DNA of 64,000 nt from an uncultured Phycisphaerales bacterium (GCA_963755915.1 CAVWLP010000003.1:1056001-1120000), one strand, 5' to 3'. Positions 47,306 to 58,619 are shown, numbered from the stretch's first letter. The notes: generated by a model from the sequence alone, not told the origin. Numbers and translations are program-made.

Positions 47306-48798
47306 TTGACCACCCCGCTTATAAACCCATCCAACGTGTCCCCCGAGTCGCTGGAAAAACTTTTGCGCGATCTGCCGCGGATCGGCACGCTCGTCAGGGA
47401 CCGCGGCTACCGGCAGATCTGGCGGTTCGAATTCGAGGGGCGGGGGTATTACCTGAAATATTATCCGCGCCGGGGATCGGCGCTGAAGCGGCTGGTTCGC
47501 GGCAGTCCGGCGCTGCGGGAATTCGTGCGGCTCCAGGCGCTGCAACGCGCCGGCATCAACGCGCCGCGCGCGGTGGCGCAACTTTCGGGATTCCAGTTGC
47601 GCGGCGACTTGGGAGACGCGGTGATTCTTGAGGCGATCGAGCCGGCGGTGCAGCTCGATCAATATGTCACCGATCTTGCGATGCAGGGGGATCCGATCCC
47701 CAATCGGGTGGAGCTTGGCGACAAAATCATCGGGCTGTGCGCAGTCTCGGCGAAGCCCGGCTCGGACACGACGATCTCCACCTGGGAAACATGCTGCTTC
47801 AGGATGGGGAAGTCTTTTTGCTCGACGGATATGCGGTTCGATTCGGCGGCCTGCGTCTCAAAAACGTGATGAAGCTGGCGCACAGCGTTCGCGGATTGGC
47901 GACGCGGACCGACCTTTGGCGCGCCTGGAACGAGCTTGGCCCGGGCGGACCGATGCCGTTGCGCAATCCCCTCAGCGACCCGCAGTGGCGGAAATTCCTC
48001 CAGCGCACGCATGGCGAAAATGAATATTTCGGAAAATTGAGTTTCGGCGCCTGGCGCGGGCACTTCTTCAAGAGATATAAATATCCGCGCCGCTGGGCGC
48101 CGGTCAGCGAACTTCAGTTCAAACGGGAAGACTGGGAGAGATCGTGGCCGCAGCTTCTGCAGAAAATCGAAGCCGGCGAATTCGAGGCGATCAAGCGCGG
48201 CCCCAGCGGGGAAGTCCTTTCGGGGCAGATACAGCTTGGCGAAAAATCAATTTCGGTGATCCTGAAGCGGCCATTCAAGAGATATTGGTATCGCTATCTG
48301 AATGAGATCGGCCGGGGCAGCCGGGCGTGGCGGGCGTGGTACAAGGCGTGGACGCTGATCGTGCGCGATCTTCCCACGGCGTGGCCCCTGGCGGTGATGC
48401 AGAAGCGGGTGATGGGGTACATCACCGACAGCGTGATCGTGCTGGAACGGGTTGAGGGGCCGGTCCTGGCCCACGCGGACCTGGACGCGATGAATCCCAC
48501 TCAGCGCGACATGCTTTTTCGCCGGACGGGCAAAATACTTCGGCAGATCGACGACCTTGGTCTTTCGCATTTCGACGCGAAGGCGAGCAATTGGATCGTT
48601 CAGGAGGACCCAAAACTCGGCCCGCGTCCGATCATCGTTGACGCCGACGCGATCAGGTTCCGCCGCTGGCGGGCGCTGGGGATTGAGCGTTTGTTAAGGG
48701 CCATGCGCGATCACCCGCAGTACACTCCGGCCGATTCCCTGGCCCTTTGCCAGGGATATGCCCCCTTCTCGCGAATCGGTCGCGAACGACCGGCGTGA
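47306..48798 (+). CDS. Tandem LPS-kinase (Kdo/WaaP/InaA-like) domain protein, frameshift near 47735
   Basis: YYLK, ALREF, HDDLHLGNML..LLD; second domain HFDAKASNW..IVD. Confidence 0.75.
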
Positions 48799-48906
48799 CA
48801 ACTTGTCGCATATTTTATTAAGATTTGGTTAGTTCTGTTCGAGGGTTTGTTCAATTGAGGACGAAGGGATAGAGTGGGGGGACCAGGACGTACCGGGAAG
48901 GCAAAT

Positions 48907-49323
48907 ATGACAGCGCAAATGCGGGCCGCATTTCGAGCGGTCGTTCTACCTGCCAGCGAACCCCCTCCGACTTACGACACCCCAACGCGCAGGCTGCTTG
49001 GGGAGCTTGGCCATGATGTGGCACGCGCGGCTTCGCCCGATCATGCGATGCAATTGATCGCCTCCGACCACACCGACCTTCTGGTCGTCGATATCAGCAA
49101 CAGCAACAATCGGGAATTGTTAGATTCGCTTGAGGATCTGCCTGAATCGCAGCGCCCCGATCAGGTAGCGGTCTTCAGCGATACCGGTGATGTGTCGCTG
49201 CGAGATCTGCGCCGAAAGGCAGCCCCCTCCCACGTTCACGTCTTCTTGAAGCCGCTGCACATGCACGGACTTCTGGGCGTGCTCCGGCAGATGGAACGCC
49301 GGCAGACGACGCCCGACGCGTGA
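48907..49323 (+). CDS. Stand-alone receiver-like domain protein
   Basis: DLLVVDI and FLKP motifs, degenerate acidic pocket. Confidence 0.65.
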   Translation: MTAQMRAAFRAVVLPASEPPPTYDTPTRRLLGELGHDVARAASPDHAMQLIASDHTDLLVVDISNSNNRELLDSLEDLPESQRPDQVAVFSDTGDVSLRDLRRKAAPSHVHVFLKPLHMHGLLGVLRQMERRQTTPDA

Positions 49324-49354
49324 ATACTCTCGACGCCTGAATAGCTCTCTCTCT

Positions 49355-50764
49355 TCAAAGCGACAACTGAAATTGCGCCCGCAGAAGGAACTCGTTGCGC
49401 CCGTTGTCCTGGAGGATATCGAGGTAGTTCACGTCTGTCGGGCAGCCATTGGGCAGCCATGTGCCGTCGAGGGTGAATTTGGCTTCCTTGGCCATGAAGT
49501 AGTAATTGGCCCCGATGGTGATCTCGTTGAGATTGTCCTGCACGACGCCGGGAATCGCTTTGCCGTCGAGGTGGGTGTAGTCGTAGCGGAAGAAGGGCTC
49601 AATGTAAGGCGTCAGCATATACGCGACCTGGACCATGACGCCGTTGTCGTAATAGCTCCCGGGCGCCACGCCGCGATTGGTTTTGATTTCGCGATAGACG
49701 CCCAGGTATGCGCCATAGATTGACCACCCGCTGGCGGTGGAGAATTGGGCATCGACGGTGTGGAAGAGGATATTGTTGGCGCCGGATTCGGAGTAATCGA
49801 CTCCGGCGCCAGGGACCAAAATATCCTGGCTGTCGCCGCGGGCGGTGAAATGGTCGTACTCCGAAAATGGATTGAACGACGGTTCGCGGTCGCCAATGGC
49901 AAGATATTCAACCCGCCCGCTGGCCCCCCAGTTGGTCGGCTGAAGCCCCGCCGACGCCGACACGGCCGATCCCAGACCACTCGAACTGTAAAACGGCTGG
50001 TTCAATCCATCGTACCCATCGTGCACCGCCAACTGCCCGCGCAAGCGGTCCTGATCGTAAATAATCGCCGCCCCCTGCACGCGATCCAGCTCGCCCCCAC
50101 CCACCAGCGCGCTTGCCAGCGACCGATCGGCGGCCATCAGTTGGCTCGGCAACAGGTTCTGTTCGTGCCAGACCGGATCCTTAAACTGCCCGACTTTGAT
50201 CGCCAGCGGCGATTGCAGCCCCACGCGATACATCGCGTAGGCGTCGAGGAGGGTCAACTGCCTCATGCTCGCGTCGTCGGCAAGCTGGATGTAGTAAGTC
50301 AGCAACTGGGAAAAGAGATTTCCGTCCAAGGTCAGACGAAACCGGGTCATCTCAAAACCGTTTTGGGTGTCGTCGCCCTGCTTGCCGGTGACTCCGCCGT
50401 CGCCGGTGGGGATGCGGGTGCGGTAGTCGGTGACGTTGCGGAACTGCATCAGGATGCCGGGGTGGGCGGAGAAATTTCCGTCGTCGCTTTGGATGATGAA
50501 ACCGACATCAGGGTCGTAGCCGCTGAAGAATGGTACGTCGGAGATGAATTTGGAATGGGCGTCGGCGTCGTCCTGGATTTGATTCATCACGGCGCTTTGC
50601 CGGGCGGCGGACTGGGACTGGAGGCGATCGATCCGCGCGTCAAGGTCGGCGATTTTCTGCCGCAGCGCCGCATCCGACGGCCGCGAGGTCGGCTCCGCCC
50701 CCCGCGCGGTTGATCCGATCGATGCGAAAATCAGACCGGCGGCGAGGAGGATCTTTCGCAGCAT
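49355..50764 (-). CDS. OprO/OprP-like porin, paralog 1
   Basis: Signal peptide, coiled coil, RFRLTLDG, LLDAY, GQFKDP, C-terminal RAQFQLSL. Confidence 0.75.
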   Translation of the reverse strand: MLRKILLAAGLIFASIGSTARGAEPTSRPSDAALRQKIADLDARIDRLQSQSAARQSAVMNQIQDDADAHSKFISDVPFFSGYDPDVGFIIQSDDGNFSAHPGILMQFRNVTDYRTRIPTGDGGVTGKQGDDTQNGFEMTRFRLTLDGNLFSQLLTYYIQLADDASMRQLTLLDAYAMYRVGLQSPLAIKVGQFKDPVWHEQNLLPSQLMAADRSLASALVGGGELDRVQGAAIIYDQDRLRGQLAVHDGYDGLNQPFYSSSGLGSAVSASAGLQPTNWGASGRVEYLAIGDREPSFNPFSEYDHFTARGDSQDILVPGAGVDYSESGANNILFHTVDAQFSTASGWSIYGAYLGVYREIKTNRGVAPGSYYDNGVMVQVAYMLTPYIEPFFRYDYTHLDGKAIPGVVQDNLNEITIGANYYFMAKEAKFTLDGTWLPNGCPTDVNYLDILQDNGRNEFLLRAQFQLSL

Positions 50765-50803
50765 TCTGGTTCGATCGCGCCAGGCGCGCCGTAAGGAGAT
50801 TCG

Positions 50804-52282
50804 TCAGATCGCCAACTGGAATTGCACCCGACCGACCCATTCCGTGTGGTTCTGATTCGCCAGGATGCCCAGGCCGGGCGCGTCGACGGTCGACCCGCTG
50901 GGCAGGAAACTGATGTCGCCTGAAATCTTGGCGTTGTAGCCGTAGATGTAATAATTCACGCCGGCGGTGAACTCGTTGTTGTTGTTGGTAGCGCCGGCGT
51001 TGCCCCCGGGTTTCTTGTTCCCAAACGCCAGGATGTCGGCGTATCGGCTGTCGAGCACGGCCACGTCGTAACGCCCAAACACTTCCACCTGGGGCCTGAT
51101 TTTGTACGCCGCCTGAATGATGAACCCGTAGTTCGGATAACTGCCGGCTACGTCGCGCTCCAGGATGGACGTCGAGTCGTTGTTGTCCGACCAATCGTTG
51201 TAATCCAGCAGAAATGCGCCGTAGAGGCTCAAACCGCAGCGAGAGATGTATGAACCGTCGAGGGTGAGATAAATGTTGTCGAGGTTCGACGCTTCGGCCC
51301 ACTCGAAACCACCGCCGACGAAAGCCGCATCGGTCTTCGCGTTGAGGGAGGAGAACGAGTTGTAGGCGTCCCACGCCGTCTGGTTCCCCTTGATCTTGTA
51401 ATCCACTCGCCCGCCGATGCCGAAATTCTGCGCCGGAAATCCCGTGACGGCCGGCACATCATAGAACGGCGTATTGGCGGTGTTTTTCCCGTCGGTCAGA
51501 TCGACTTCATCGTGCATGCACTGGTTCTGATACTGCAGCGCCACGCCCTGCACCCGCTCGGCGATGTTGTTGAGCCCATTGTTGCCGCCCAGAATCGCGC
51601 CGGCGAGGGAGCGATCGACCATCGCCTGGTGGGCGTCGTCGACGTTTGACTCGTGCCAGATCGGATCGACGTATTGCCCGGCCTTGACGATCCAGGGGCA
51701 ATCGTTGTTGAAGCGATAGGTGGCATAGGCGTCCTGGAGAGTGACGCCCCCGCCGCTGGAGGGGACGTCGATCATGACGTAATACTGGAGGTTGGGGCCG
51801 CCGATGTGTCCATCGAGGCCGATCATGAGATTGTGGACTTCAAAGCCGTCGGTCTCGTGGCTTCCGAGCACGGGATGGGCGGTTCCGCCGCCGGTGTCGC
51901 CGTTGCTGAATTCGCGGACGCCCTGGCGGTCGTTGATGTCTCCGCGAAACTGTCCGAGCAGCCAGGGATTGAGCATGAAATTGCCGTCGTCGCTGGAGAG
52001 ATAGAACCCGATGTTGGGGTCATATCCCGCGGCGATGTTGCCGACATCGCTCGACATGAATTTGCTGTTCTGGTCGGCGTTGGATTGGATCGCCTGCATC
52101 GTGTTCGAGTCGTTGTTCTGCTGCTGGTTTTCCAGCGCCTGCACCTTGGCCTCAAGCTGATCGACCTTCTGCTGAAGCTGCTGGTTGTTCTGCGAGTCGT
52201 CGGCGCGGGCGATGTCCACTCCGCAGGCGATCGCTGCAACCGCGAGAGCAACATAAATTCTATTTTTACCTGTAACGTGCAT
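50804..52282 (-). CDS. OprO/OprP-like porin, paralog 2
   Basis: Signal peptide, coiled coil, LQDAY, GQYVDP, GVNYY, C-terminal RVQFQLAI. Confidence 0.75.
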   Translation of the reverse strand: MHVTGKNRIYVALAVAAIACGVDIARADDSQNNQQLQQKVDQLEAKVQALENQQQNNDSNTMQAIQSNADQNSKFMSSDVGNIAAGYDPNIGFYLSSDDGNFMLNPWLLGQFRGDINDRQGVREFSNGDTGGGTAHPVLGSHETDGFEVHNLMIGLDGHIGGPNLQYYVMIDVPSSGGGVTLQDAYATYRFNNDCPWIVKAGQYVDPIWHESNVDDAHQAMVDRSLAGAILGGNNGLNNIAERVQGVALQYQNQCMHDEVDLTDGKNTANTPFYDVPAVTGFPAQNFGIGGRVDYKIKGNQTAWDAYNSFSSLNAKTDAAFVGGGFEWAEASNLDNIYLTLDGSYISRCGLSLYGAFLLDYNDWSDNNDSTSILERDVAGSYPNYGFIIQAAYKIRPQVEVFGRYDVAVLDSRYADILAFGNKKPGGNAGATNNNNEFTAGVNYYIYGYNAKISGDISFLPSGSTVDAPGLGILANQNHTEWVGRVQFQLAI

Positions 52283-52407
52283 TCTGATTCCTTTCCTGTT
52301 CCGCCACGTTCAGATTCGGTCAGCGCAGGGCGCGGGGATGATTTTTTCGGGGACGTGAATGCGTCCGATAAACGCGCGCGGCAAAACGCCGCAACGTCAA
52401 TCGGACG

Positions 52408-52602
52408 TCACGACAATCCGTCCCAGCGCTCCGCGTCTTCGTCGTTGCGAATGGGAATGTCGGTGGCCCATCTCCGCGCTGTCTGCGACGGAAGATCAAA
52501 CAAGCTCGGACCCGGCAACTCGCGCTTGAAAACCCTTCGCGATGCGACCGGCGAGCGCGCCCGCTCCAGCAAATCCTCGGCAAGTGCAACCGTGCAACTC
52601 AT
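52408..52602 (-). CDS. Small hypothetical protein (64 aa)
   Basis: Strong SD GGAAGGAG 7 nt before ATG; ends DEDAERWDGLS. Confidence 0.55.
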   Translation of the reverse strand: MSCTVALAEDLLERARSPVASRRVFKRELPGPSLFDLPSQTARRWATDIPIRNDEDAERWDGLS

Positions 52603-52756
52603 ACTCTGGCTCCTTCCGCGGCGATCACGTCCGTGCGTGAACCATCCGTTAAAATTTCCAGCGGTCGGATCGGACCAGAACCCCTTCCACCATTAGTTGT
52701 GGCATCTGAATTTTCTGCGTCTGATAATCCAATCTCCATCAACTCCGATAATCGCT

Positions 52757-52804
52757 CTCTTACCCCCGCCCCCGGTAATCCGGGGGAGGGCAGGGGAGGG
52801 GGTT
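52757..52804. repeat. Palindromic repeat family B, inverted copy
   Basis: Reverse complement closely matches 4802-4850. Confidence 0.8.
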
Positions 52805-52856
52805 GAGGCGCGAGCTTAGTTGCGTCCCGCGCCGCGCATTGTTACCACTTGCGGAA

Positions 52857-53429
52857 ATGTCCATCCTCTCTGACATCCAGGAACACAACCGGCTATTCGT
52901 TGAACGCCGCGAGTACGAGCCATTTCGCACGGATGTCTTTCCGGACAAAAAGCTCGTGGTGCTGACCTGCATGGACACCCGGCTTGTCGAGCTTTTGCCG
53001 CGAGCGATGAATCTGAAGAACGGCGACGCCAAGATCATCAAAAACGCCGGGGCGATCGTTTCCCACCCGTTCGGCAGCGTCATGCGCAGCGTGCTGGTGG
53101 CAGTGTATGAGCTGACGGCCGCGGAAGTGGCCGTGGTTGGGCATTTTAACTGCGGCATGACCGGCCTAAGTTGCGAGCGCGTCATGCAGAAGGTGCTGGC
53201 ACGCGGCATTGAGCCGAGCATCATCAAGACGCTCGAACATTCCGGCATCAATCTCCCGGAGTGGTTGCGCGGCTTCAATTCCCCGGAAGACGGCGTTCGA
53301 CGCAGCGTCGATGTCATTCGAAATCACCCGCTGCTGCCGAAGGATATTCCCGTGCATGGGTTGATGATCTCGCCGGAGACGGGGAAGCTGGATTTATTGA
53401 TCGACGGGTACAAGGCGGTTAAGTCTTAG
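52857..53429 (+). CDS. Beta-class carbonic anhydrase
   Basis: TCMDTRL, KNAGA, GHFNCGM. Confidence 0.9.
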   Translation: MSILSDIQEHNRLFVERREYEPFRTDVFPDKKLVVLTCMDTRLVELLPRAMNLKNGDAKIIKNAGAIVSHPFGSVMRSVLVAVYELTAAEVAVVGHFNCGMTGLSCERVMQKVLARGIEPSIIKTLEHSGINLPEWLRGFNSPEDGVRRSVDVIRNHPLLPKDIPVHGLMISPETGKLDLLIDGYKAVKS

Positions 53430-53561
53430 TCGGGGGCGCGTGGGGCCTGTGAGTCCGAGTATCAAACGAAAATTCGCGGCCGCTTTCGGTGCATCGTTTC
53501 AATGTTTGCCTCTTGAAATACCGAAGAAATAGGTATACCGATTGCGCAAGGAGACAGCGGA

Positions 53562-54850
53562 ATGAAGCGAATCTGGGTGATTCCGGGGACAATCGCCGCG
53601 ATCGGGCTCACTCTGAGCGCGTACTTCTGCGCGGACGATCTGCAATTCCGCTTGCCAAGGGGGATACGGCTGTTGTTGCGCGGCGCGGCGATATTTCCCA
53701 GGTTATTTCCGCCAGCGGAACCGTTTGCGGCAATTGTGAGCAGGTCGTGAATTGCCTCGCCAGCGGGGAAGTCGTCAGGCTTCCGTTTGCCCTGGGTGAT
53801 GGCGTGAAAAAAGGGCAGGTGGTCTGCCAACTCGATCCGAGCCAGGAGCAGGGCGCACTCGATCAGGCGAGGATGGCGCTCTCCCAGGCGACGCACAAGC
53901 TGGAGGAGACGGAGCAATCTGCCAAGCTCGCGGAAGATGACATGGCCATCTCCATTCAGCAGGCGGACGACAACATCGCCTCGCTGCGCGTGAAGGCGAC
54001 CAACACGCAGAACAAAGCCGACCGGCAAAACACGCTGCTGTCGCAATCGCTTTCGTCCCAGGAAGAGTATGAGACGGCCCAGACCGAGGCGTCGCAGGCG
54101 GCCACCGAATTTCGCAATGCCGAGCTGGATAAGCAGGAATTGAAAGACCGCAGCGTTATGCTCAAGACCGAAAAGGCAATGGATATCGAGGCGGTTGAAG
54201 AAGAGGTCAGGAAGGACGAAGTCGCGGTGAAGCAGGCGGACGATCGGCTCGCGGCAACGACGATCTCAGCGCCGATGGATGGGGTGATCTCCGATCTGAA
54301 GACAACCCTCAATTCCTGGATCGAGCAATCGGGCGGCGAGTATTCGCGCCAGCCGGTGATGACCATTTCCGATCTGTCACGGATTTTTGTGTGCGTCGCG
54401 ATCGGCGAGAAGAAGATCGGCTGGGTTCATGTGGGGATGCCGGCCGAAATTGTTGCCGATACCTATCCGGGGAAGAGTTTTGCCGGCACGGTAGTGGCGG
54501 TGGCGCCGACGGGAACGGTTAGCAATAATGCCGCGAGTTTTGGGGTGAAGATTGAGTTGACGGGAGGAGATAAGTCGCTGCTCAAGCCGCCCATGACGGC
54601 GACGGCGCGAATTATTCAGCAGACGACGGCCGATGCGCTCCTGGTTCCCAACCGGGCCGTCGAGAAGCGGGGGCAGGGGGCATTTGTGACTGTTGTCGGC
54701 AAGGATGGGCATGTGCAGGATCGAGCCGTGCTCGTGGGGATTTGCGATGGAGTGAATGACCAAATCATCGGCGGCCTGACCGCGGGCGATCGCGTGGTGG
54801 TTCGCGGGCCCAGCGCGGGAACGGAAGTGGCGCAGAGTGTGGATGAGTGA
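53562..54850 (+). CDS. Efflux periplasmic adaptor (MacA/HlyD-like), frameshift near 5' end
   Basis: RGDISQVISASG, GDGVKKGQ, APMDGVI, DTYPGKSF, KPPMTA, GLTAGDRVV. Confidence 0.85.
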
Positions 54851-54869
54851 AAAGTGTGAAAGTGTGAAC

Positions 54870-54947
54870 GCGCCGGAAAATTTGCCCGGCCATGGATTGC
54901 GAGATTGAACAGGTGGTCGTCGCTGGGGCACCCCGCGAGGCGGTCAC
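54870..54947 (-). pseudogene. Probable remnant of a PIN-family toxin gene
   Basis: GTG overlapping the antitoxin stop, then PSDDHLFNLAIHGRANF in another frame. Confidence 0.45.
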
Positions 54948-55225
54948 GCCGATTTCGCTTTCTTTTCGCGCCGCTGCGCATTCAGTTCACGATGCAGGAG
55001 ATCGTCGAGCTGCTCATCGGTCATGCCGCTGTCTATGAATTGCTTTCGCACCGGCGCCATAATCTCCTCGATGCTGGGACGGGTGACAGCCTGTTCGATG
55101 AGTTCCGACGCAACGGCGGAGATATCCTGCCCGGAGCTTTTGGCTTGCTCGGCGAGCTTGGCGCGAGCCCGTTCCGAAAGATGCAGGGTTATAGACGTGT
55201 CAGTTGTCTGGCCGGGTGTTGCCAT
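54944..55225 (-). CDS. Putative antitoxin (RHH-like)
   Basis: ITLHLSERARAKLAEQAKSSGQDISAVASELIEQA, similar to the 41374-41678 protein. Confidence 0.7.
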   Translation of the reverse strand: MATPGQTTDTSITLHLSERARAKLAEQAKSSGQDISAVASELIEQAVTRPSIEEIMAPVRKQFIDSGMTDEQLDDLLHRELNAQRREKKAKSA

Positions 55226-55292
55226 GGTGCACTCCTAATTGCGATTATAATCCGCCAACGGAGAATTGGCGCTGGTTTTGGCCAAACTTGAT

Positions 55293-55837
55293 ATGCATGA
55301 CGAAGACATATTGAAATTCGCAAGAGAGCACGTCGAACCATTGCCGGCTGTGGGGCCAAATAGCGAGCGATACCGCGTGGCGGCAACTCTCAAGGACGGC
55401 ACGCATCTTCCGTGCGTGGTTGTCGAAAGCGCGTCAAAGCGAGTGGAATTGGCGCTGCGCCGCTTTGACGAGACGCGTGCGTCGTCACATCCGATGATGG
55501 GATACCAGGCGATTGTCGAATCATTTGTTACTCACGGGAACAGCGTAAGCCCATACGACATCAAGGAATTGTCCGAAAGCCCATTCGCGATTCCTCTGCC
55601 GCGAATGAGCGAAATCCGGGGCGAAACATCCATGAGCTGGACACAGTTCACCGCAATAATGGCAGACGGAAAAGAGTTTCGCTTTGGTACTGCCTTTTCA
55701 CGGGAATTCTTTGAAATGCCCAGGGCTATACCGCTGGGGAGATTCGAAAGATCATGCCGGCGGTGCGCGGAGAAAGAAAAGTCGAAGGAACCTACCGGGA
55801 GAAACCTTTTTTCACGTGCTATGTCCTGGGCATTTAG
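55293..55837 (+). CDS. Hypothetical protein, frameshift near 3' end
   Basis: Long ORF YRVAATLKDGTHLPCVV..GETSMSWTQF. Confidence 0.6.
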
Positions 55838-55959
55838 ATGAAACGGATCACACGCACAATGAACCGCTATCCCAATCCCCCCATCCCGCCCAGTTTGTTG
55901 CCGACTGTCCAATTTTGTATTTAATGGGAACGACCAGAAAAAATATTCGAGAGCACCCC

Positions 55960-56619
55960 TCACGCCGTATGCAAATGCCGAATGATATGCCCCGTATGGA
56001 TGTAAACTACATCCTCGGCAATGTTCGTGCAGTGATCCGCAATCCGCTCCAGGTTCTTCGCGATCATGATGTTCCCGAGCTCGGTGTTCGCCTTCTGCCC
56101 GTCGCTTTCCATCAGGCAGATCATGTCCTGAACGATCTGGTGATAGAGCGCATCCACCACGTCGTCGCTCTTCAGAACATGGCGGGCCAGGGCTTCATCC
56201 TGGAGATTAAACGCCTTGATCGTGTCGCGCAAAGTTGTCAGCACCGAATTGGCCATCAATTTCAGATCCGGCGGCGGCTCATAATCCGGTAGCTGTGAAA
56301 GCGGCAGCACCCGCTGGGCAATATTCACCGCGCAGTCGGCAATCCGCTCAAAATCCGCATTGACCTTGATGATCGTGGTCACGGTCCGCAGATCGACGGC
56401 CGCCGGCTGCTGCAGGGCGAGGAGGTCGATGGCGCTCTTTTCCACCCGCACTTCCTCTTCGTCGATACGCTGGTCGAGACTGATCGTGGTCTGGGCGAGC
56501 TTGGCATCCGCGGTGAAGAGGGCCTCGCACGAGTGCTCCACCGACTGGAGCACCAGCGCGGTCATTCGCGCGACCTGCGTCCTGAGGCTCTCCAGAAGAT
56601 CGGCCAGATGATGCGACAT
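55960..56619 (-). CDS. phoU: Phosphate signalling protein PhoU
   Basis: QPAAVDLR, ERIAD twice, NIAEDVVY. Confidence 0.95.
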   Translation of the reverse strand: MSHHLADLLESLRTQVARMTALVLQSVEHSCEALFTADAKLAQTTISLDQRIDEEEVRVEKSAIDLLALQQPAAVDLRTVTTIIKVNADFERIADCAVNIAQRVLPLSQLPDYEPPPDLKLMANSVLTTLRDTIKAFNLQDEALARHVLKSDDVVDALYHQIVQDMICLMESDGQKANTELGNIMIAKNLERIADHCTNIAEDVVYIHTGHIIRHLHTA

Positions 56620-56666
56620 TGGAATACTATCGGCTATCCGAGACGCCGGGCGAGGATTGAGGGCGA

Positions 56667-57536
56667 TCAGCCGAACCGGCCGGTAATGTAATCCTCAGTC
56701 TGCTTGCGGAGCGGGTTCGTGAACATAGCCGATGTGGCATTATACTCGACGAGCGACCCCATATAGAAAAAAGCCGTAAAATCGCTCACTCTTGCCGCCT
56801 GCTGCATGTTGTGGGTGACGATCACAATTGTGTACTTGTCGCTGAGAGCAGTGATCAGGTCCTCGATCTTCGTTGAAGCAATCGGATCCAACGCGCTGCA
56901 CGGCTCGTCCATGAGAAGCACGGTTGGGCGAGTCGCCAGGGCGCGGGCGATGCAGAGCCGCTGCTGCTGCCCGCCAGACATTCCCAATGCGCTGGTCTTG
57001 AGGCGGTCCTTCACCTCGTCCCAGAGTGCGGCTTTCTGGAGGCAATCCTGCACGATGGCATCGAGCTCGGAGCGGCGATGGATGCCCTGGAGCCGGGGGC
57101 CGTAGGCGATGTTATCGAAGATCGATTTGGGGAAGGGGTTGGGCTTCTGGAAGACAAGGCCGACCTGCTGGCGAAGGGCGACGAGGTCGACCTTGGGCTC
57201 GTAGACATCCTGGCCGGAGATGAGGAGCTGGCCTTCGACCCGGCAGCCGGGGATCAGGTCGTTGAGGCGGTTGATGGAGCGCAGGAAGGTGCTTTTTCCG
57301 CATCCGCTGGGTCCGATCATGGCGATGACGCGGTTGCGGGGCATGGCCATGGAGGCGGATTTAATGGCCGGATGAGCCCCGTAGAAGACGCTGAGGCCGC
57401 GGGCTTCGATGAGGACGTCGCCGGCGGCAACGAGTTCGGCGGGGGTAGCGGTCGCCAGGGGCGGGGCAGGCGCCGCCTTTTCCGGCCTGGCGGATGTACC
57501 CAGGGGAGTCGTTGTCCGCAGCGCCGTCCGGCTCAT
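56667..57536 (-). CDS. pstB: Phosphate ABC transporter ATPase PstB
   Basis: [52 protein letters not shown]. Confidence 0.97.
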   Translation of the reverse strand: MSRTALRTTTPLGTSARPEKAAPAPPLATATPAELVAAGDVLIEARGLSVFYGAHPAIKSASMAMPRNRVIAMIGPSGCGKSTFLRSINRLNDLIPGCRVEGQLLISGQDVYEPKVDLVALRQQVGLVFQKPNPFPKSIFDNIAYGPRLQGIHRRSELDAIVQDCLQKAALWDEVKDRLKTSALGMSGGQQQRLCIARALATRPTVLLMDEPCSALDPIASTKIEDLITALSDKYTIVIVTHNMQQAARVSDFTAFFYMGSLVEYNATSAMFTNPLRKQTEDYITGRFG

Positions 57537-57798
57537 AGTTTGTTATTGCTCCAAGATTTCCAGAGTTTAAGGGGCATGGCCGTGCCTTCAAGGGCATTAA
57601 GAAAGATTAACAGAACACGCCAGTAGGTTTACCCAAATTGCCGTCCGATAAAAGTGGTCGCAATTCGCAATTTTCTATTGAACCGGACACAAGATCAAAT
57701 TATACTCCAGAAATCGGGCTCCCATTTGTACATAGGAATAGCCAGACCATTATAACGCCAACGGCAGAATCGTTGGATTTCAGAAGGAAGGGAAGAAA

Positions 57799-58584
57799 AT
57801 GTTTCGCAAGCTTGCAGCAGTGGCAATGTTGGGGATTTTGGGGGCCATGGCGTCTTCGAGCCGGGCGGATACTTATGTAGCCGCTAACCTGACAGGCGTG
57901 TCGCCGTCATTAAGTTCTGCCACTCTGAATGGCGGTGGCGGTTTTTATGCCGGCCTGTTGAATTGGAACGTGGTTGCGACGAGCAATAGCTCGGTTTTCG
58001 CAGTCGGCTCCAACTTCAACACGTACTGCGTCGATATCAGTCATGATATTGGGATCGGCGGCACCTACCAATACGATTTGACTTCCCTTGGCAATGCTGC
58101 CGCCCTGCAAGGCACTTACAACTATGGCACTGGCACGGTTTCGATGGTAACCGCCATCGATACCCTGTATAGCGAATTTTATGGGGGAAGCACCACCGCC
58201 ACGATAACCTACAGTGCCGATCAGGAGGCGGCGGCATTTCAGGGTGCGGTGTGGACGGTACTCTTTACGCCACCGAACTCAATCGGTTTAGGTGACGGCG
58301 GCGCGACCACCCTTGAGGGTGACGAATTGGCGGCCTTGGATACTCAATTGGCCACTGTCGGCGGTCTTGACGCGTACAACGTCATGGCGCTGGTGGCCGA
58401 TCCGAATGGTCCGCTTCCGTACAATGTACAAGGCCAGGATCAAGCGCTGGTCGTGATGCCGACCTTCGGGTCAGTTCCGGCGCCGCTTCCGAGCACAAGC
58501 ATGGGTGGTTGCGTGCTGCTGGGTTTGTTTGGCCTTGGAGTTGCCTCAAAGAAGCGGTTGAGTTTGGCCCACCAGAAGATTTGA
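57799..58584 (+). CDS. Exported protein with PEP-CTERM-variant (PLP) sorting signal
   Basis: Signal peptide, TYCVD, AAAFQGAVW, VPAPLPSTSMGGCVLLGLFGLGVASKKR. Confidence 0.75.
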   Translation: MFRKLAAVAMLGILGAMASSSRADTYVAANLTGVSPSLSSATLNGGGGFYAGLLNWNVVATSNSSVFAVGSNFNTYCVDISHDIGIGGTYQYDLTSLGNAAALQGTYNYGTGTVSMVTAIDTLYSEFYGGSTTATITYSADQEAAAFQGAVWTVLFTPPNSIGLGDGGATTLEGDELAALDTQLATVGGLDAYNVMALVADPNGPLPYNVQGQDQALVVMPTFGSVPAPLPSTSMGGCVLLGLFGLGVASKKRLSLAHQKI

Positions 58585-58619
58585 AATTCCTGAGAGATTT
58601 GAAATTCAACGATCAATTC

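Noticed and set aside
57565-57615. Pho box upstream of pstB
   Set aside because: TTAA repeats are spaced 10 bp rather than 11 bp; too weak to call
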